A DNA stretch of 63,668 nucleotides, the filler included, from a bacterium (GTDB lineage: Bacteria; UBA9089; CG2-30-40-21; SBAY01), in NCBI GenBank assembly GCA_040757115.1. It is 13 parts of 13 records of this genome, joined end to end, with 100 filler letters (N's around TTAATTAATTAA, not from the genome) between each part and the next. Parts side by side here need not be neighbours in the genome. Positions count along the whole stretch, not along the records: positions 23,336 to 46,477 come from JBFLYA010000043.1; 12 more parts are not named here. The stretch is one strand, 5' to 3'. The notes below the pieces were generated by a model, which ran no database searches, was not told the DNA's origin, and saw nothing but the letters and a program-made list of their open reading frames with translations. The translations under genes were made by a program, and so were the position numbers. Shown piece after piece: positions 31,470 through 45,200 of this stretch; position 1 is the stretch's first letter; every line of letters starts with the position of its first letter.

Positions 31470-31743
31470 GTAATTATTCAGCCACAGATGAACACGGATG
31501 AAACACTGAAAATTCGTAATCCGTGTCCGTTTTCCGTGTCCGTAATTAGGCTGAAGAGTTTTTCTCCTTCTGACTTTTATCTTCTATCCTTCTTGATTCT
31601 CTGTCAGTGGAGGAAATTTCCACCCCCTAACCCCCGCCAGCGGGGGACAACCTGGCTATGACCTCTGTCTTCTGTCCTCTGCCTTCTATCGACCTCTGTA
31701 TTTATCCGTGCTAATCCGTGTTAATCTGTGGCTGAATAGTTAC
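31470..31743 (+). mobile_element. GTAAC-family MITE
   Basis: GTAATTATTCAGCCACAGAT...ATCTGTGGCTGAATAGTTAC; near-identical to 56668-56945. Confidence 0.85.
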
Positions 31744-31751
31744 TAATTTTC

Positions 31752-32546
31752 TTAATTTTCCTTCAACATCTTCTCTATCTTTTCCTTACCAAGAAGTTTT
31801 ATAAGATCTCTTTGTATTTTCTCTTCCCCAATGCTACGAATTACCTCTTTTTCTCCAATGCTACGAATTACCTCTTTTTCCCCAATGCTACGAATTACCT
31901 TCTCCTCTCCAATCCCTTGCACAAATTTGTCAATCCCTACTATATCGACAAGCTCTCTCATTATATCTGGTCTATCCGCTAATGTCTGTGGCATCAATTT
32001 TACCTCCTCCTTGAATTCATCAGGATGTAAATATAATCCTGTTTCGAGCAACTCTAATAGTAACCGTTCACCGCAGAGACGCAGAGACGCAGAGAAGAAA
32101 ATTAAAATTTATTGATAACTATTCAGCCACAGATGGACACAGATGAAACACTGATTTTATTTTTTTATCCATGCTAATCCGTGTTAATCAGTGGCTGAAT
32201 AGTTACTTTATTTCTATGTCTTCTCTGTTCCTCTGCGTCTCTGCGGTGAAGGACTACCTGAACGGTTACTCTTAAATAATAGCACATAAGCAAATAATCG
32301 GTCAAAATCATTCCGGGTGAATCTATCCCCAGGTGATTTATATTCAATAACATTATAATCAGTAAATGATTGGAAGACAAGAGGTAAAGACTTAACATCC
32401 GCATCCTTGCCCTTTCTAATGACCACAATATCTATCCTTAATGGCATTTTGCCAACTTCAACCTCAGTTTCAACCGTAAACCCTTTAGGTTCGAGTAAAT
32501 GTTTTAATACATTTGAGAAATACGGATGCCATTTCTTCTTCATCAT
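31752..32546 (-). pseudogene. PD-(D/E)XK-like hypothetical protein gene split by nested MITEs (32060-32269)
   Basis: N part: EVEVGKMPLRIDIVVI...IEYKSPGD...YVLL. C part: ETGLYL... with 27-bp GEKEVIRSI repeats. Confidence 0.65.
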
Positions 32547-33275
32547 CTATAAGTATATACTAAACTTCTATCTTTGTCAATAAATTTTTGCACGAAAATG
32601 TAATCCCTCAGTTATTGGTGGGAGAAAGGAACAAAGATTAAATTTCTCGCCAGGGCGCAAAGAACGCAAAGTAGTCAGAAATTCCAAATCACAAATTCCA
32701 AATTCTATTTAGTGAATTAGTGAATTAAGCGAATTAGCGAATTAGTAAAATCTAATCTCTAATTCGCTTTTTGGTATGTGGAATTTGGTGTTTATTTGAG
32801 ATTTGGTGCTTGGGATTTGGGATTTTTCCCTTATCCACTCTGAGTAAAATTTTGACTAATAACTGCTATATTTCTTCTGTGTTCTCTATGACTCTGTGGC
32901 TATATCCCTGAACGGTTACAAATTTACGAAAGTCCAGATAATTAGAATTGCTGTAAAAAATCAAATTCCTATTGCCAAAAGGGGAAAAGTGTGCTATAAT
33001 TAAAATGAGGGTAATTAGTTACCCACAAACGGATAATTGGTAATTAATTACCATTCACCAGTTACCAATTACCAAATTAGGGAGGGACAGGAAATGCTCC
33101 TGGTAATAAAATCAACACAAAGAATAATGAAGATTAGAACGCAAGATTTTTTCAGGACTTTTCAGACTTAACGCAGATTTTTATTTTTATGACAAAGAAT
33201 AAGCGAGACGCCTGACCTACCAGCGTTTTTTCTTTCATTAAAATTTGTGAAAGTCTGTATTATTAGAGATAAGGA

Positions 33276-36200
33276 ATGATAAAAATGAAGCGTCTCAACT
33301 TATTTGTCAGCATATCTATAATTTTCTTTAGCCTGACTAAACTCTGTGAGGCAAGCCTGCCGAAAGAAATACGAATTACCAATGTTACGGATAGCCAGAT
33401 TATTGTCTCATGGATAACCGATGTTGAGGAAACCTGCCAGGTCAACTATGGCCTTACCCATGCCACTGGTTTAACCGCTTACGATGTGCGTGGGCTACTG
33501 ACAAGTGATGATACTCATTATGTGAAAATCACTGGTTTAAATCCTGAAACTATATATTATTTTGAACTCGTCTCTGGCGCCACTGTGGATAATAATAATG
33601 GTATGTATTATCAGGCGAAAACCGGGGCAGATATTAAGCGGTCTGGACTTGATTTTGCCTACGGCAGGGTATTTAAGTCTGACGCCGTCACCTATGCCAC
33701 TGGCGCTATTGTTTATTTCTATCTCAAGGATGGGAATGCACAGGATAGTCCCGGTAACTCCGCCCTCTGGTCAAGTTTAGTCGATAGCAATGGTTATTGG
33801 TCTGAAAATCTAATTAATCTGAGAACACAGGATGGTAAAGAATTCTTTGAGTATTCTGTTGATGGTGGAGATAATCTCATTCTCTATGGAGAAGGAGCAA
33901 AAGAGGGAACGGCATCATTGACTATCTTTACCAATCAGGATTCACCTGCCCCGGATATGATTCTCACCTCAGACCGAATCAAACCTTCAGCCATTACTAC
34001 ACTAACAGTCAAACAGGTTACTTCTAATTCCATTTTCTTGAACTGGATTGCCCCGGGCGATGATGGAAATTCGGGACAGGCATCTTTATATGATTTAAGA
34101 TGGTCTTATGCGGAAATAAATGAAGGCAATTTCAAGAATGCTACACCAGTCCCAAATCTCCCGACGCCTTTACCTGCAGGTAATCAACAGGAATTTGAAG
34201 TCAAAGGGCTTTTGCCCGATACGCTTTATTATTTTGCCATTAAAACCCGTGATGAAGCTGGGAACTGGTCTAATTTATCCAATATTGTCTCTGGAAAAAC
34301 ATTGCCGCCACCTACCTCAATGTTAGCCTGGACAGGAGAATATAATTTTGTTAAAGATGCTCTACGATTAGATTTTGGCACACTGGGAACTAACTTTGTT
34401 TATATGGTTAAGTATATTCATCCGGGAAATCTTGCTCCACAAAAAGGTGAGCCAAAAATCATCCTTTACAAAGAGACAATTCCCATAGGCACATATTCGT
34501 TAACTTATGTCAACGGCACTTTTTCTACCGGAGCAATCTACACCTATTCCAGAGTCTTTCCAGAGAAAGGTGAATACAGTTATAAATTCTATTGTCAGGG
34601 TGCAGATGGCGAACCAACTCTTTTAACTAAAGGACCAATAGTTAGTGACATAGAGACTGGGGTGCGAATAACAAATCAAACCGATGCCCAATTTACCGTC
34701 TCCTGGAGGACTTCACAATCTACAACAGGATATATAAAATATGGCACAAATATTGCAGACCTGAATAAAATTGGGGATGATGACCGTGGTCAGAGTTTTA
34801 GCGGACAAACACACCATGTTACAGTTAAAGGGTTAGAGCCAGAAAAGATTTATTATTTTGATGTTGTCTCAGGCGGCGTGGTTGATAACAATTCTGGAAA
34901 CCACTACATTGCCCAGACAGGTCCGTCAGTTCTTGCCTCAGGAAGCGATTTGGTTTATGGACAGGTATTTAAACAAGGAGGAGAGGTTCTGGCGAAAAAT
35001 AGTATTGTTTATCTTGAATTAAAAGATAATGATGGTCAGGATAGTCCGCTTAGTTCAGCCATTGCCTCTGCACTGGTGCAGGATAATGGTTACTGGATGG
35101 CAGATTTAGTCAATTTCCGCACCCTAAACTTATCCGCACCATTTGAATACTCACCAACGGATGATTTGCTCTGTATATTTGTCCAGGGGGCAAATGAAGG
35201 CATTGGCAGTGAAATAGTGTTGACCGCGAATGATTCGCCAGCATCACCTGTAGAACTTTGCCTTGATACCGTTGCTCCGGCATCAATCACGACCCTTCAG
35301 GTAATAAAAGCAGGCATAGGCTCTATTACCTTAAAATGGCAAGCCACTGGTGATGATAAAACCATTGGCACAGCAACAAGTTATGACATAAGATATGCTA
35401 CCTTTACGATTACCGAGTCCAGCTGGGGATTGGCTAATGAAGTCCAATTAGAGCCTGCACCTGCCTTGCCAGGCGTTTTTCAGGAATTTGTCGTCAAAAA
35501 CCTTAACACCGCCACGACTTATTATTTTGGAATAAAGGCAATCGATGAAGTGTGGAATATCTCTGAATTATCCAATATTGCCATTGGCTCAACTACCCCT
35601 GAAATAAAACATCCGCCAATACTTGATTGGGTGGGTGAAGAAGAGTATTTAAAAGATGGTGTCTATCCCGATACCGGTAATAATGATATGAAATTTACCT
35701 TTCAGGTAAAATATATCGATTTAGACAATGATGCCCCAAAATCAGGTGAGCCAAAGGTGATTATTAAATCTTTTGGCACCTACACGATGAATTATGTAAA
35801 AGGCACATATTCTACCGGGGCAATTTATAAATATACGACATTTCTTCCATCACCAGGGACTTACACTTATCGGTTTTTCGCCACAGATGCCTCTGGTAGC
35901 CCTACTTTTACTATGGAAGGACCAATTGTTACGGATATTCCATACCGTGAGACGAATATTACTGACTCACAATTTACTATCTCCTGGCCATCGACTAAAT
36001 TAGAAATCGGCACGGTTAATTATGGCACCAATCCGGATTCTTTAATCTTATCCTTTAGTGATAATCGGGTAGATGATACCCATCATATTGATGTTACTGG
36101 TCTTACGGCAAATACTTTATATTATTATGATGTTGTCTGTGGTGGAGTAAAGGATGATAATCAAGGGTTCCATTATAAAGTCCAGACAGGTGCCTCGATT

Positions 36201-39200
36201 ATTCCCACGCCTGACTATCAAATGGTCTATGGCAAGGTTTATAAACAGGGTTGTTTTGAATATGCCGATGGCGCCATTGTCTATATTCAATTGCAGGATA
36301 AGGACAACAAAGGTGATTTGGGTAATTCTGCCTGGGCATCAGTTTTAGTCAGAGATGGAGAATGGAGATATAATCTGGTAAATCTCCGAACGGCTAATCA
36401 TCAATCTTTTTTTGATGACTGGAGCGGGGATAAAGATGAACTTTATTTATTTGCCGAAGGGGCGTTGGAAGGCACGGATACACTCACCATTTTCCCAATC
36501 AATGGCACTCCTGCTGAATATATGGAGTTATCGCGTGATATTACCCTACCGGGAACAACCACCTTAATTGCAACTAATACCACGCCGTTTTCCGTAACAT
36601 TGTTCTGGAGAGCCGCAGGCGACGATAAAAAATTAGGGACAGCAACCAGTTATGATATTCGCTACTCAAAAGGAGTCATAGATGAAGATACCTGGGCTAC
36701 CGCAAACCAGGTAATAGATGAACCCAAGCCTTTAGTCGCCGGAACAGAACAACAACTGATGATTACAGACTTAGAGCCAGATACCCTTTATTACTTTGGA
36801 TTAAAAAGCATAGATGAGGCAGGCAATGCCTCATCTATAAGTATTGCCACAGCAACGACAAAACCTCACCCTCCACCTGCCCTCAAATGGATAAATGAAC
36901 CTAACTATCAAGAAGACGGTTTAGAGCCAGAAAAAGGGTCTGTGGAGACTGTTTATACCTACTATGTTGATTATTTTCATACCGATAATCTTGCCCCGGC
37001 ACCTGGTTTTCCCAAATTACATATTTTAGCAGATGTTTATACAATGGTTGCAGATAACCCGGCGGATACAAATTACAGAGATGGCAAACGATACAAATAT
37101 ATTAAAATCTTTACCTTGCCCGGGACATACACCTACTCTTTTGAGGCGAAGGATACGGCTAATGTTCTGGCTCAAGGCACACCAACTCAAATTTCATCAG
37201 GGCCGGTGGTTGGTGTTATTCCTGTTTTAACATGGACTAAAGAAGAAGGATATGGAACAGACGGTCTTGAACCCGAAATAGGTGCTCCAAACACAACCTT
37301 TACTTATCGAATAAATTATCTCCATAGCCAGAATATCCCGCCAGCACAGGGTTATCCAAAGGTTTATATTTCAGGGCCTGTCAATCAATCTTTTTCTATG
37401 CAAGAGGTTGATTCGCAAGATACTGACTACACCAATGGAAAATTTTATACCTTCTCCATTGCGTTAACCACGATGGGGAAATATTATTACCATTTTGAGG
37501 TAAAAGATACAAATGATTTTCTGGCGACAACTCAAAAAATGACAGGACCTATTATTGCCAATGCACCAGTATTAAGTTGGGTTGATGCCGATGGCTATAA
37601 AACTGATGGCGTAGAACCAAACACAGGCAATAATAAAACCATATTTACCTATAAAGTCCGATATTGCGATGTGGATAATAATCCACCGGATTTATATTAT
37701 CCAAAATTATATGTGCTTCGTGGGGGCGAGATGGTGTATGAAAGGAAGATGTATCGAATCGAAGGAAATGATTATGTGACGGGCATAGTCTATTGTGTTC
37801 AATTACCACTTATTATCGCCAGTGATTACTATTCTTATTATTTTGAGGCAAAGAATGCGAGAGGGGTGTTGGCTGTGGGCACGCCAACGAATATTCATCC
37901 AGGACCTTTAGTTAATGGTCCCAATTATCCACCACGACTTCAATGGGTTGGCAAGGGTGAGTATATTGCGGATGGTCTTAACCCGGAAACCGGAACCGTA
38001 GGCACGACATTTACTTATCAGATTAAATACTCTGATATGAATGCCGACCCTCCTCAATCTGGATACCCATTAGTTTATCTCTACCGTGGGGAAACTCTTT
38101 CTGGAACAAAGACAATGAGTTATCTTTATGGGTCATTTACCAATGGTGCGGTATTCGAGGCAACTTATACCTTTAAATCAACAGGTATTTACAAGTATAA
38201 ATTTGAGGCAAAGGACAAAAAGGGTTTACCAACTTACATATCTTTTAAAATAGGTCCTCTAATTAGCACCGCACCGACATTGGAAAGGGGGACTGTCACA
38301 CCAGCGGTAGGCACGATAAATCTAACTACCTTTACTTACAAAGTTACCTATAAAGATGCCGATAATGACCCGCCAAATGCTCTATATCCAGTAGTGCATA
38401 TATTTAAAGATAGCAAGGAAATCATCGGCAGCCCCTGTCGGATGGAACCAGAAAACCCAGCGGACATTACTTATAATGATGGCAAGGTGTATAAATTCAC
38501 CAGGATTTTTGACCAGGCAGGCTCATTTACATATCAATTTGAGGCTTATGATTGTTTTGGAGTAAAAGCCACTGCCCCACCAATGGCACCGGGCCCTATT
38601 GTCCGCAGTGCACCTACATTGAATTGGACTTATGAACCAGGCTATTTGAATGATGGTCTTGAGCCTGAAGGCGGAACAATTCAAACCATATTTACCTATC
38701 GAGTCAATTATACTGACCTGGATAACCAACCACCTTTATCGAACTATCCTGTGGTTCATATTCTAAAAGGAGGTTATGAAATTCTCAACAGCCCCTTTGT
38801 GTTAGAGGAGGTAGATACATTAGACACCATTTATAAAGATGGGAAATTATTTACTCTGTCATACTCATTTTCAGGAATTGGCACATACTCGTATTATTTT
38901 GAGGCTTATGATTCTTTAAATATTAAAGGTGAAGGACCCGCAACAGGTACCAAAACAGGTCCTTCAATCATTGAGGGACCGATATTAAAATGGGCAAATG
39001 AGGAAGGCTACATTAATGATGGGATTAACCCTAGCACAGGCACAAGATATGTAACTAATTTTACCTACAAGGTAACTTATCAAGACCCTACGGGTTATCC
39101 TCCGGCAACAGGCTATCCGCGGGTGCATATCTTTCGCGGCGGTAATCCTGAACATATAGGTGGTCAGCAGATGTTCATTAAAGTTGGTGATGATTATAAA

Positions 39201-42200
39201 ATCGGGGTAACATACACCTTTGCCACTACCTTTCCAATTGGCGGCAAACATTACACCTATTATTTTGAGGCAAAAAATACCAAAGGGATATTTGCTTCAG
39301 GAGAACCAACAAATGAACAGGAAGGACCAATAGTTGAAGGACCTAATTTTAAACCAACACTTTTCTGGTCGCAAAAACAAGGTTTTATTTCAGACGGCAT
39401 TGACCCGAATTTCGGCACGCTCAAAACTGATTTCACTTATCAAATATTATATCAGGATACAAATGGTGACCCACCGGCAATTGGTTATCCAATAGTTTAT
39501 ATCTACAAACAAGCAAACTTAATCGCCACCGCCACGATGAATTTTGTTGACGGAAATTGGGCAAAAGGGGCAAATTACGCTTATTCAACCACACTCCCTC
39601 AAAAAGGTGAATATCAATATCAATTTAAGGTCAAAGATGAGCCGGGAGAAGAGGTAATATTTCCGCCATATTCCTTTGCCACAGGTCCAAAAATTAGCGG
39701 TAGTCCACAATTATGGTGGACTCAAGAGGTAGGATATACTTCTGATGGATTAGAACCCGAGACCGGCACCAAAGGAACGATTTTTACCTACCGTGTGGTC
39801 TATGTTGACGAGGATAACGAACCGCCGGGGGCATTGTTTCCTAAATTACACATCTTAAAGGGTGAGGTAGAAATATTAGCTCCAAAAATGTGGGAAGCAA
39901 ATCCAGCAGATACAAAATATGATGATGGGAAGATTTATAAATATTCTATCTCATTGACCTCGCCAGGAACTTATACTTACCGATTTGAGGCACAGGATAT
40001 CAATGGGCTATTGGCTGTGGGCACCCCGACGATACTTCAGCGGGGTCCAAAGGTTATACCTCTCCCATTTTTAGACTGGGTAGGGGTAGGGCAGTTCACT
40101 TCAGATGGTTTAGACCCGGAGGCAGGCACACCGGGCACTAAATTCACATTCAGGATAAAATATATTGACCTCGATAATCTTCCACCAGGAATTGGCTCAC
40201 CAAAGGTAGTTATCTTTTCAAACCAGCCACCTCATACTTCCTCTGTGATGCAAGCTGAGGATATTTATGATGATAACTATACTGATGGCAAACTGTATGG
40301 TATTTCTATCTTCATCCCCCAGGGAACATATACCTATAAATTTGAGGCAGAAAATATTGAGGGTGGCAAAGCGATTGGTCTGCCAGCACAATGGCAATAT
40401 CCCGGCCCACAGGTAAGTAATGCCCCGCAAGTAATAAATGGTCGGGTTAATCCAGGCACCGGAACCAAAGATACCTTGTTCACCTACATTGGAGAATACA
40501 AAGATATTGATAATGACCCACCGGCAACAGATTATCCAAAAGTTTGTATTCTGAAAAACGGTAAAGAGATTGCGGGAAGCCCATTTAAAATGAATGCCGA
40601 TGGCAATGAATACAAATTTTCTACCTACCTGCCAGCAGGGATAAATTATAGTTATCGATTTATCGCAAAAGATATTTATGGTGTAGAGGGTATGAGCCAG
40701 GATTATGGAGGACCATTTGTAAATAACATCCCTGTTTTACTCTGGGCAGGTGATACAGGATATACCGCAGATGGGCTTGAACCAGAGGTAGGCACGACCG
40801 GGACTATGTTCACTTTTTTAGTTAAATACAAAGATATTGACAACGACCCACCAGGCACAGGCTCTCCAAAGGTGCATATCTTTAAAGCAGACCAAACCAT
40901 TCCCGGAAGCCCTTTTGCAATGACCGCGGTTAATCCTGAGGAACACTATTTTAATGGTAAACGATATAAATTAGTAATTGCCTTTAACGAAAATGGGTCA
41001 TATAGTTACAGATTTGAGGCAGAGGATATGTATGGCAGTCCGGCAATTGGCGAGCCTGTTCAGAGGGTATCATCCGGGCCACAGGTCAGTATTCAACCTT
41101 CTTTAGATTGGCTTGGACTGGAAGACTACATCACCACTGGTGTCAGCCCCAATACCGGCACAATTGGCACAGAATTTGTTTATATGATAAAATATACCGA
41201 CCTGGACAATGACCCACCTGGCACGGATTCTCCAAAGGTAGATATTTTTAAAAATCAGGTTAGAATTGCGGATAGCCCATTTAAGATGGACGAAGTTTAT
41301 CCAGCAGATACGGATTATACAGATGGGAAATGGTATAAATTTACGAAAAAACTACCGTCTTGCGGAACTTATTCTTGTAATTTTATTGCCCGGGATAACA
41401 AAGGCCTTTTTGCCAGCGGCGAACCAACAATTATCAAAGAAGGACCAATAATTACTGGCCAGCCTATTTTAGAATGGACAGGTAAAGTAAATTATATAAC
41501 CGATGGCGTTGACCCGGATCCAGGTCTTACCTCTACCTATTTTACTTATCAGGTGAAATATATTGATATTAATAACTCAGCGCCCCAGCCGGGTTATCCA
41601 AAATTATATATATTAATGGATGGGCAGATATTTTCTCCATATCCATACGGTGTCACAATGTATCGAAAAGAAGGCTATAATTACCAGGAAGGGGTAATTT
41701 ATACGACACCATCGATAAGACTTCCATTTGCCAGCACAAAGTATGGTTACTATTTTGTGGCGAAAAATACGGAGGGACAACTGGCAAAAGGCACACCGAC
41801 TCTTCCTCAAACAGGTCCTACGGTTACTGGCGATAATAATCGACCAATGCTTTTATGGGCAAATCAGTCAGGATATATTTATGATGGTTTAGAACCCGAG
41901 GCAGGCACCTCTGGCACAATATTTACCTATTTAATCATCTATAGAGACTTAAATGGTGATGAGCCTTTTCCCGGCAATCCTCTTCTTCATATCTACAAAG
42001 GAGATATATTCTTCACCTCAACCACGATGAAAAAAGAAAATGGTGATTTTTATAATGGGGCGTTGTATAGTTATTCAACGGTTTTTGAGCAAAACGGCAA
42101 TTACAAATATAAGTTTTCTGCAAAGGATATTTATGGGGTTGATTGTTATCCATCTGCACCAACTAATTTTAAATCAGGACCTAATGTTGGTGCGGCACCT

Positions 42201-45200
42201 AAATTAATGTGGATTGGAACTGGCAGTTTTCAATCAGATGGGCTTGACCCGGAAACCGGCATCGTTTATGAAACAATCTTTACTTATAAAGTCAAGTACC
42301 AGGACGATAAAAATACCCCACCCGCTTCAGGTTATCCCAGAGTCCATATCCTTAAAAAAGGTATGGCGATAGACAATAGCCCTTTTCCAATGACACCAAT
42401 TGAAGGCGGAGATTATCAGACAGGCAAGGGATATCAATTTTTCAAGAGACTTGTTGTGGCAAGTGCAGAATATACTTATTATTTTGAGGCAAAAAATACC
42501 TCTGGAATTTATGCGATTGGAACTCCCACCGTTTCAATAAATAGCCCTGATGTTACCGGAGAACCATTACTTATCTGGTGTGGAGATAAACCTGAATATC
42601 TAACCGATGGATTAGACCCTGAATTTGGGACTGAGGGGACAAGGTTCACCTACCGCGTTTCTTATCGTAATGCTAATAATGACCCACCCGACGCAGATTC
42701 ACCCCGAGTGCATATTTTTAAACAGGGTGTAGAAATACCCAATAGTCCATATTTGCTGGTAGAAGAAAATCCTGCAGATACAGATTATGAAGACGGTAAA
42801 TTATACAATCTTACGCTCACGCTTGTGGTTGGCACATACACCTATAAATTTGCCGCAGAAAGTAATCACGGCATATCGGCTACCGGCACCGCTACATTTA
42901 TTAGACAGGGTCCTCAAGTTACTTTAGCCCCACAGTTAACCTGGGTAAATAAAGAAGGGTATATCACGGATGGACTTCATCCTGAGACAGGCTCGGCCAC
43001 CACACCTTTTGTCTATCGCATCATTTATACGGATAACGAGCCGCCGTCAGCCGGTTATCCTGTCGTTCACATCCTTAAGGCACACAACGAGATAAGCGGA
43101 AGTCCTTTTGTGATGAAACAAACTAATCCGGCTGACCTGATTTATAACGATGGTAAAGAGTATGAGTTCACCGCAACCCTCACCGCGAGTGGCAAGGATT
43201 ATGAATATTTCTTTGAGGCAAAGGATATAGTTGGTATTTCTGCCCAAACATCAAAAATAAATGCACCGGTCGTTACAAATCCCCCAGAATTAAAGTGGGT
43301 AGATGAAGATAATTATCGCACCGATGGACTTCACCCAGAGTTGGGCACCTGGAGCACAGAATTTATTTATAAAGTCCGATACCAGGATGCTAATAATGAT
43401 ATGCCAGCCGCAGGTTTCCCAAAGATTCACATTCTCAAAGGTGGAACTGAGATTTCAGGCGCTCCATTTCCAATGTTAGCCGTAAATCAATATGATACAA
43501 ACTGTGTAGATGGTAAAGATTATTATTTTAAGAAAACCCTGTCCGCCACGGGTAAGGATTACACTTATTTTTTTGAGGCAGAAGATGAATATGGTATCAA
43601 GGCAGAAGGGACGGCAACCACAAAAAAGGATGCACCAGATGTCAGTCGAGAACCAATATTATTATGGACGGGTAATGCGGGATTTATTGAAGATGGCGTT
43701 GAGCCTGAACTCGGCACAACAGGCACTAAATTTACCTACCAGGTCAAATATTTTGACCCGGATAACGACCCACCAACATCAGGTTTTCCAAAACTACATA
43801 TCTATCGGGAGGCGACATTTATTGGTTCATTTACTATGAATCCGGTGAATACGATATATCAATATGAAACTACCTTACCGCTGGGTAATTATTCATATTT
43901 TTTTGAGGCAAGGGATAACTATGGGATTTTAGCCGTGGGGACACCTACTTCACTTAAAAATAAACCCGTTGTTACAGATGCACCAATTTTAGACTGGGTT
44001 GATGAAGAGGGATTTAAAACCGACGGTGTTAAGCCAGATTCCGGTAATACAGACATTAACTTTACCTATAAGATAAAATATATAGATAGCAATAATAACC
44101 CACCTATCACTGGTTATCCAAAGGTAGTTATTTTTAAAAATGTTCTGGTATTGGGCTCATTTACTATGAAAGAGGTAGATGTAGAGGATATAACTTATAC
44201 TGATGGCAAGTTGTATTATTTTAACCTTCAATTTGCAGAAAGTAGTATTGATTACCTATATAAATTTATTGCTAAAGATTCTAATGGGATGGATGCGGTT
44301 GGTAAAATTGAACTTATGAACGGACCACAGGTCAATAATCCACCAGTCCTCGATTGGACAAAAGAAAGTGGGTATGTATCCGATGGAATTGACCCTAATT
44401 TTGGGACAACAAAGGAAAAATATATCTATCGAGTTAAATATACGGATAAAGATAATCATCCACCGTCTGCCGGGTATCCTAAATTATATATCTATTCTCA
44501 AGATGTGCCAATTCAGGATAGTCCGATAACGATGAATCCTGTTGATACTCAGGATGGGACTTATACCGATGGAAAATTGTACACCTTTGAGACTACTTTT
44601 GAAGAAGGCACATATACCTATAAATTTGAGGCAAGAGATATTTATCAAGCAACCGCAACAGGTGTAGCAACAGCCATTCAATTTGGTCCAACGGTAAATG
44701 ATGCCCCAGAACTAATCTGGGTAGATGCCGATGGATTTAGAACAGATGGCGTTGACCCGAACATAGGCTCAACAAATAGTAGATTTACATATAAAGTGCT
44801 CTATAAGGATGTTAAGAATATCCCTCCAGCACCGGGTTATCCTCGGGTGAATCTCTATATGGGAGGAATTTTCATCACGCCATCGTCTTTACTCATAAAG
44901 GAAAATGAAAATGATAACGATTATACAGATGGGGTAATTTACGGGATTTATGATGTTAGATATTCTTATGCCAGTGATGCGTATAGCTATCGCTTTGAGG
45001 CTAAAAACAATAATAATGTCGAGGCAATAGGTGAGGCAACAACGATTCATTCAGGACCTAAAGTTGAAGGGGTGAATTATTCACCATTACTCCTCTGGAC
45101 TGGCGAAAGTGATTATACAGATGGTTGTAATCCCGATTCCGGGGCGCCAGATACCCCTTTTACCTTTCATACGGCATATCTGGATATTAATGTTGACCCA

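Noticed and set aside
31449-31661. Short ORFs within MITEs (also 56665, 22054, 11947, 9832)
   Set aside because: Incidental frames in non-coding dispersed repeats.
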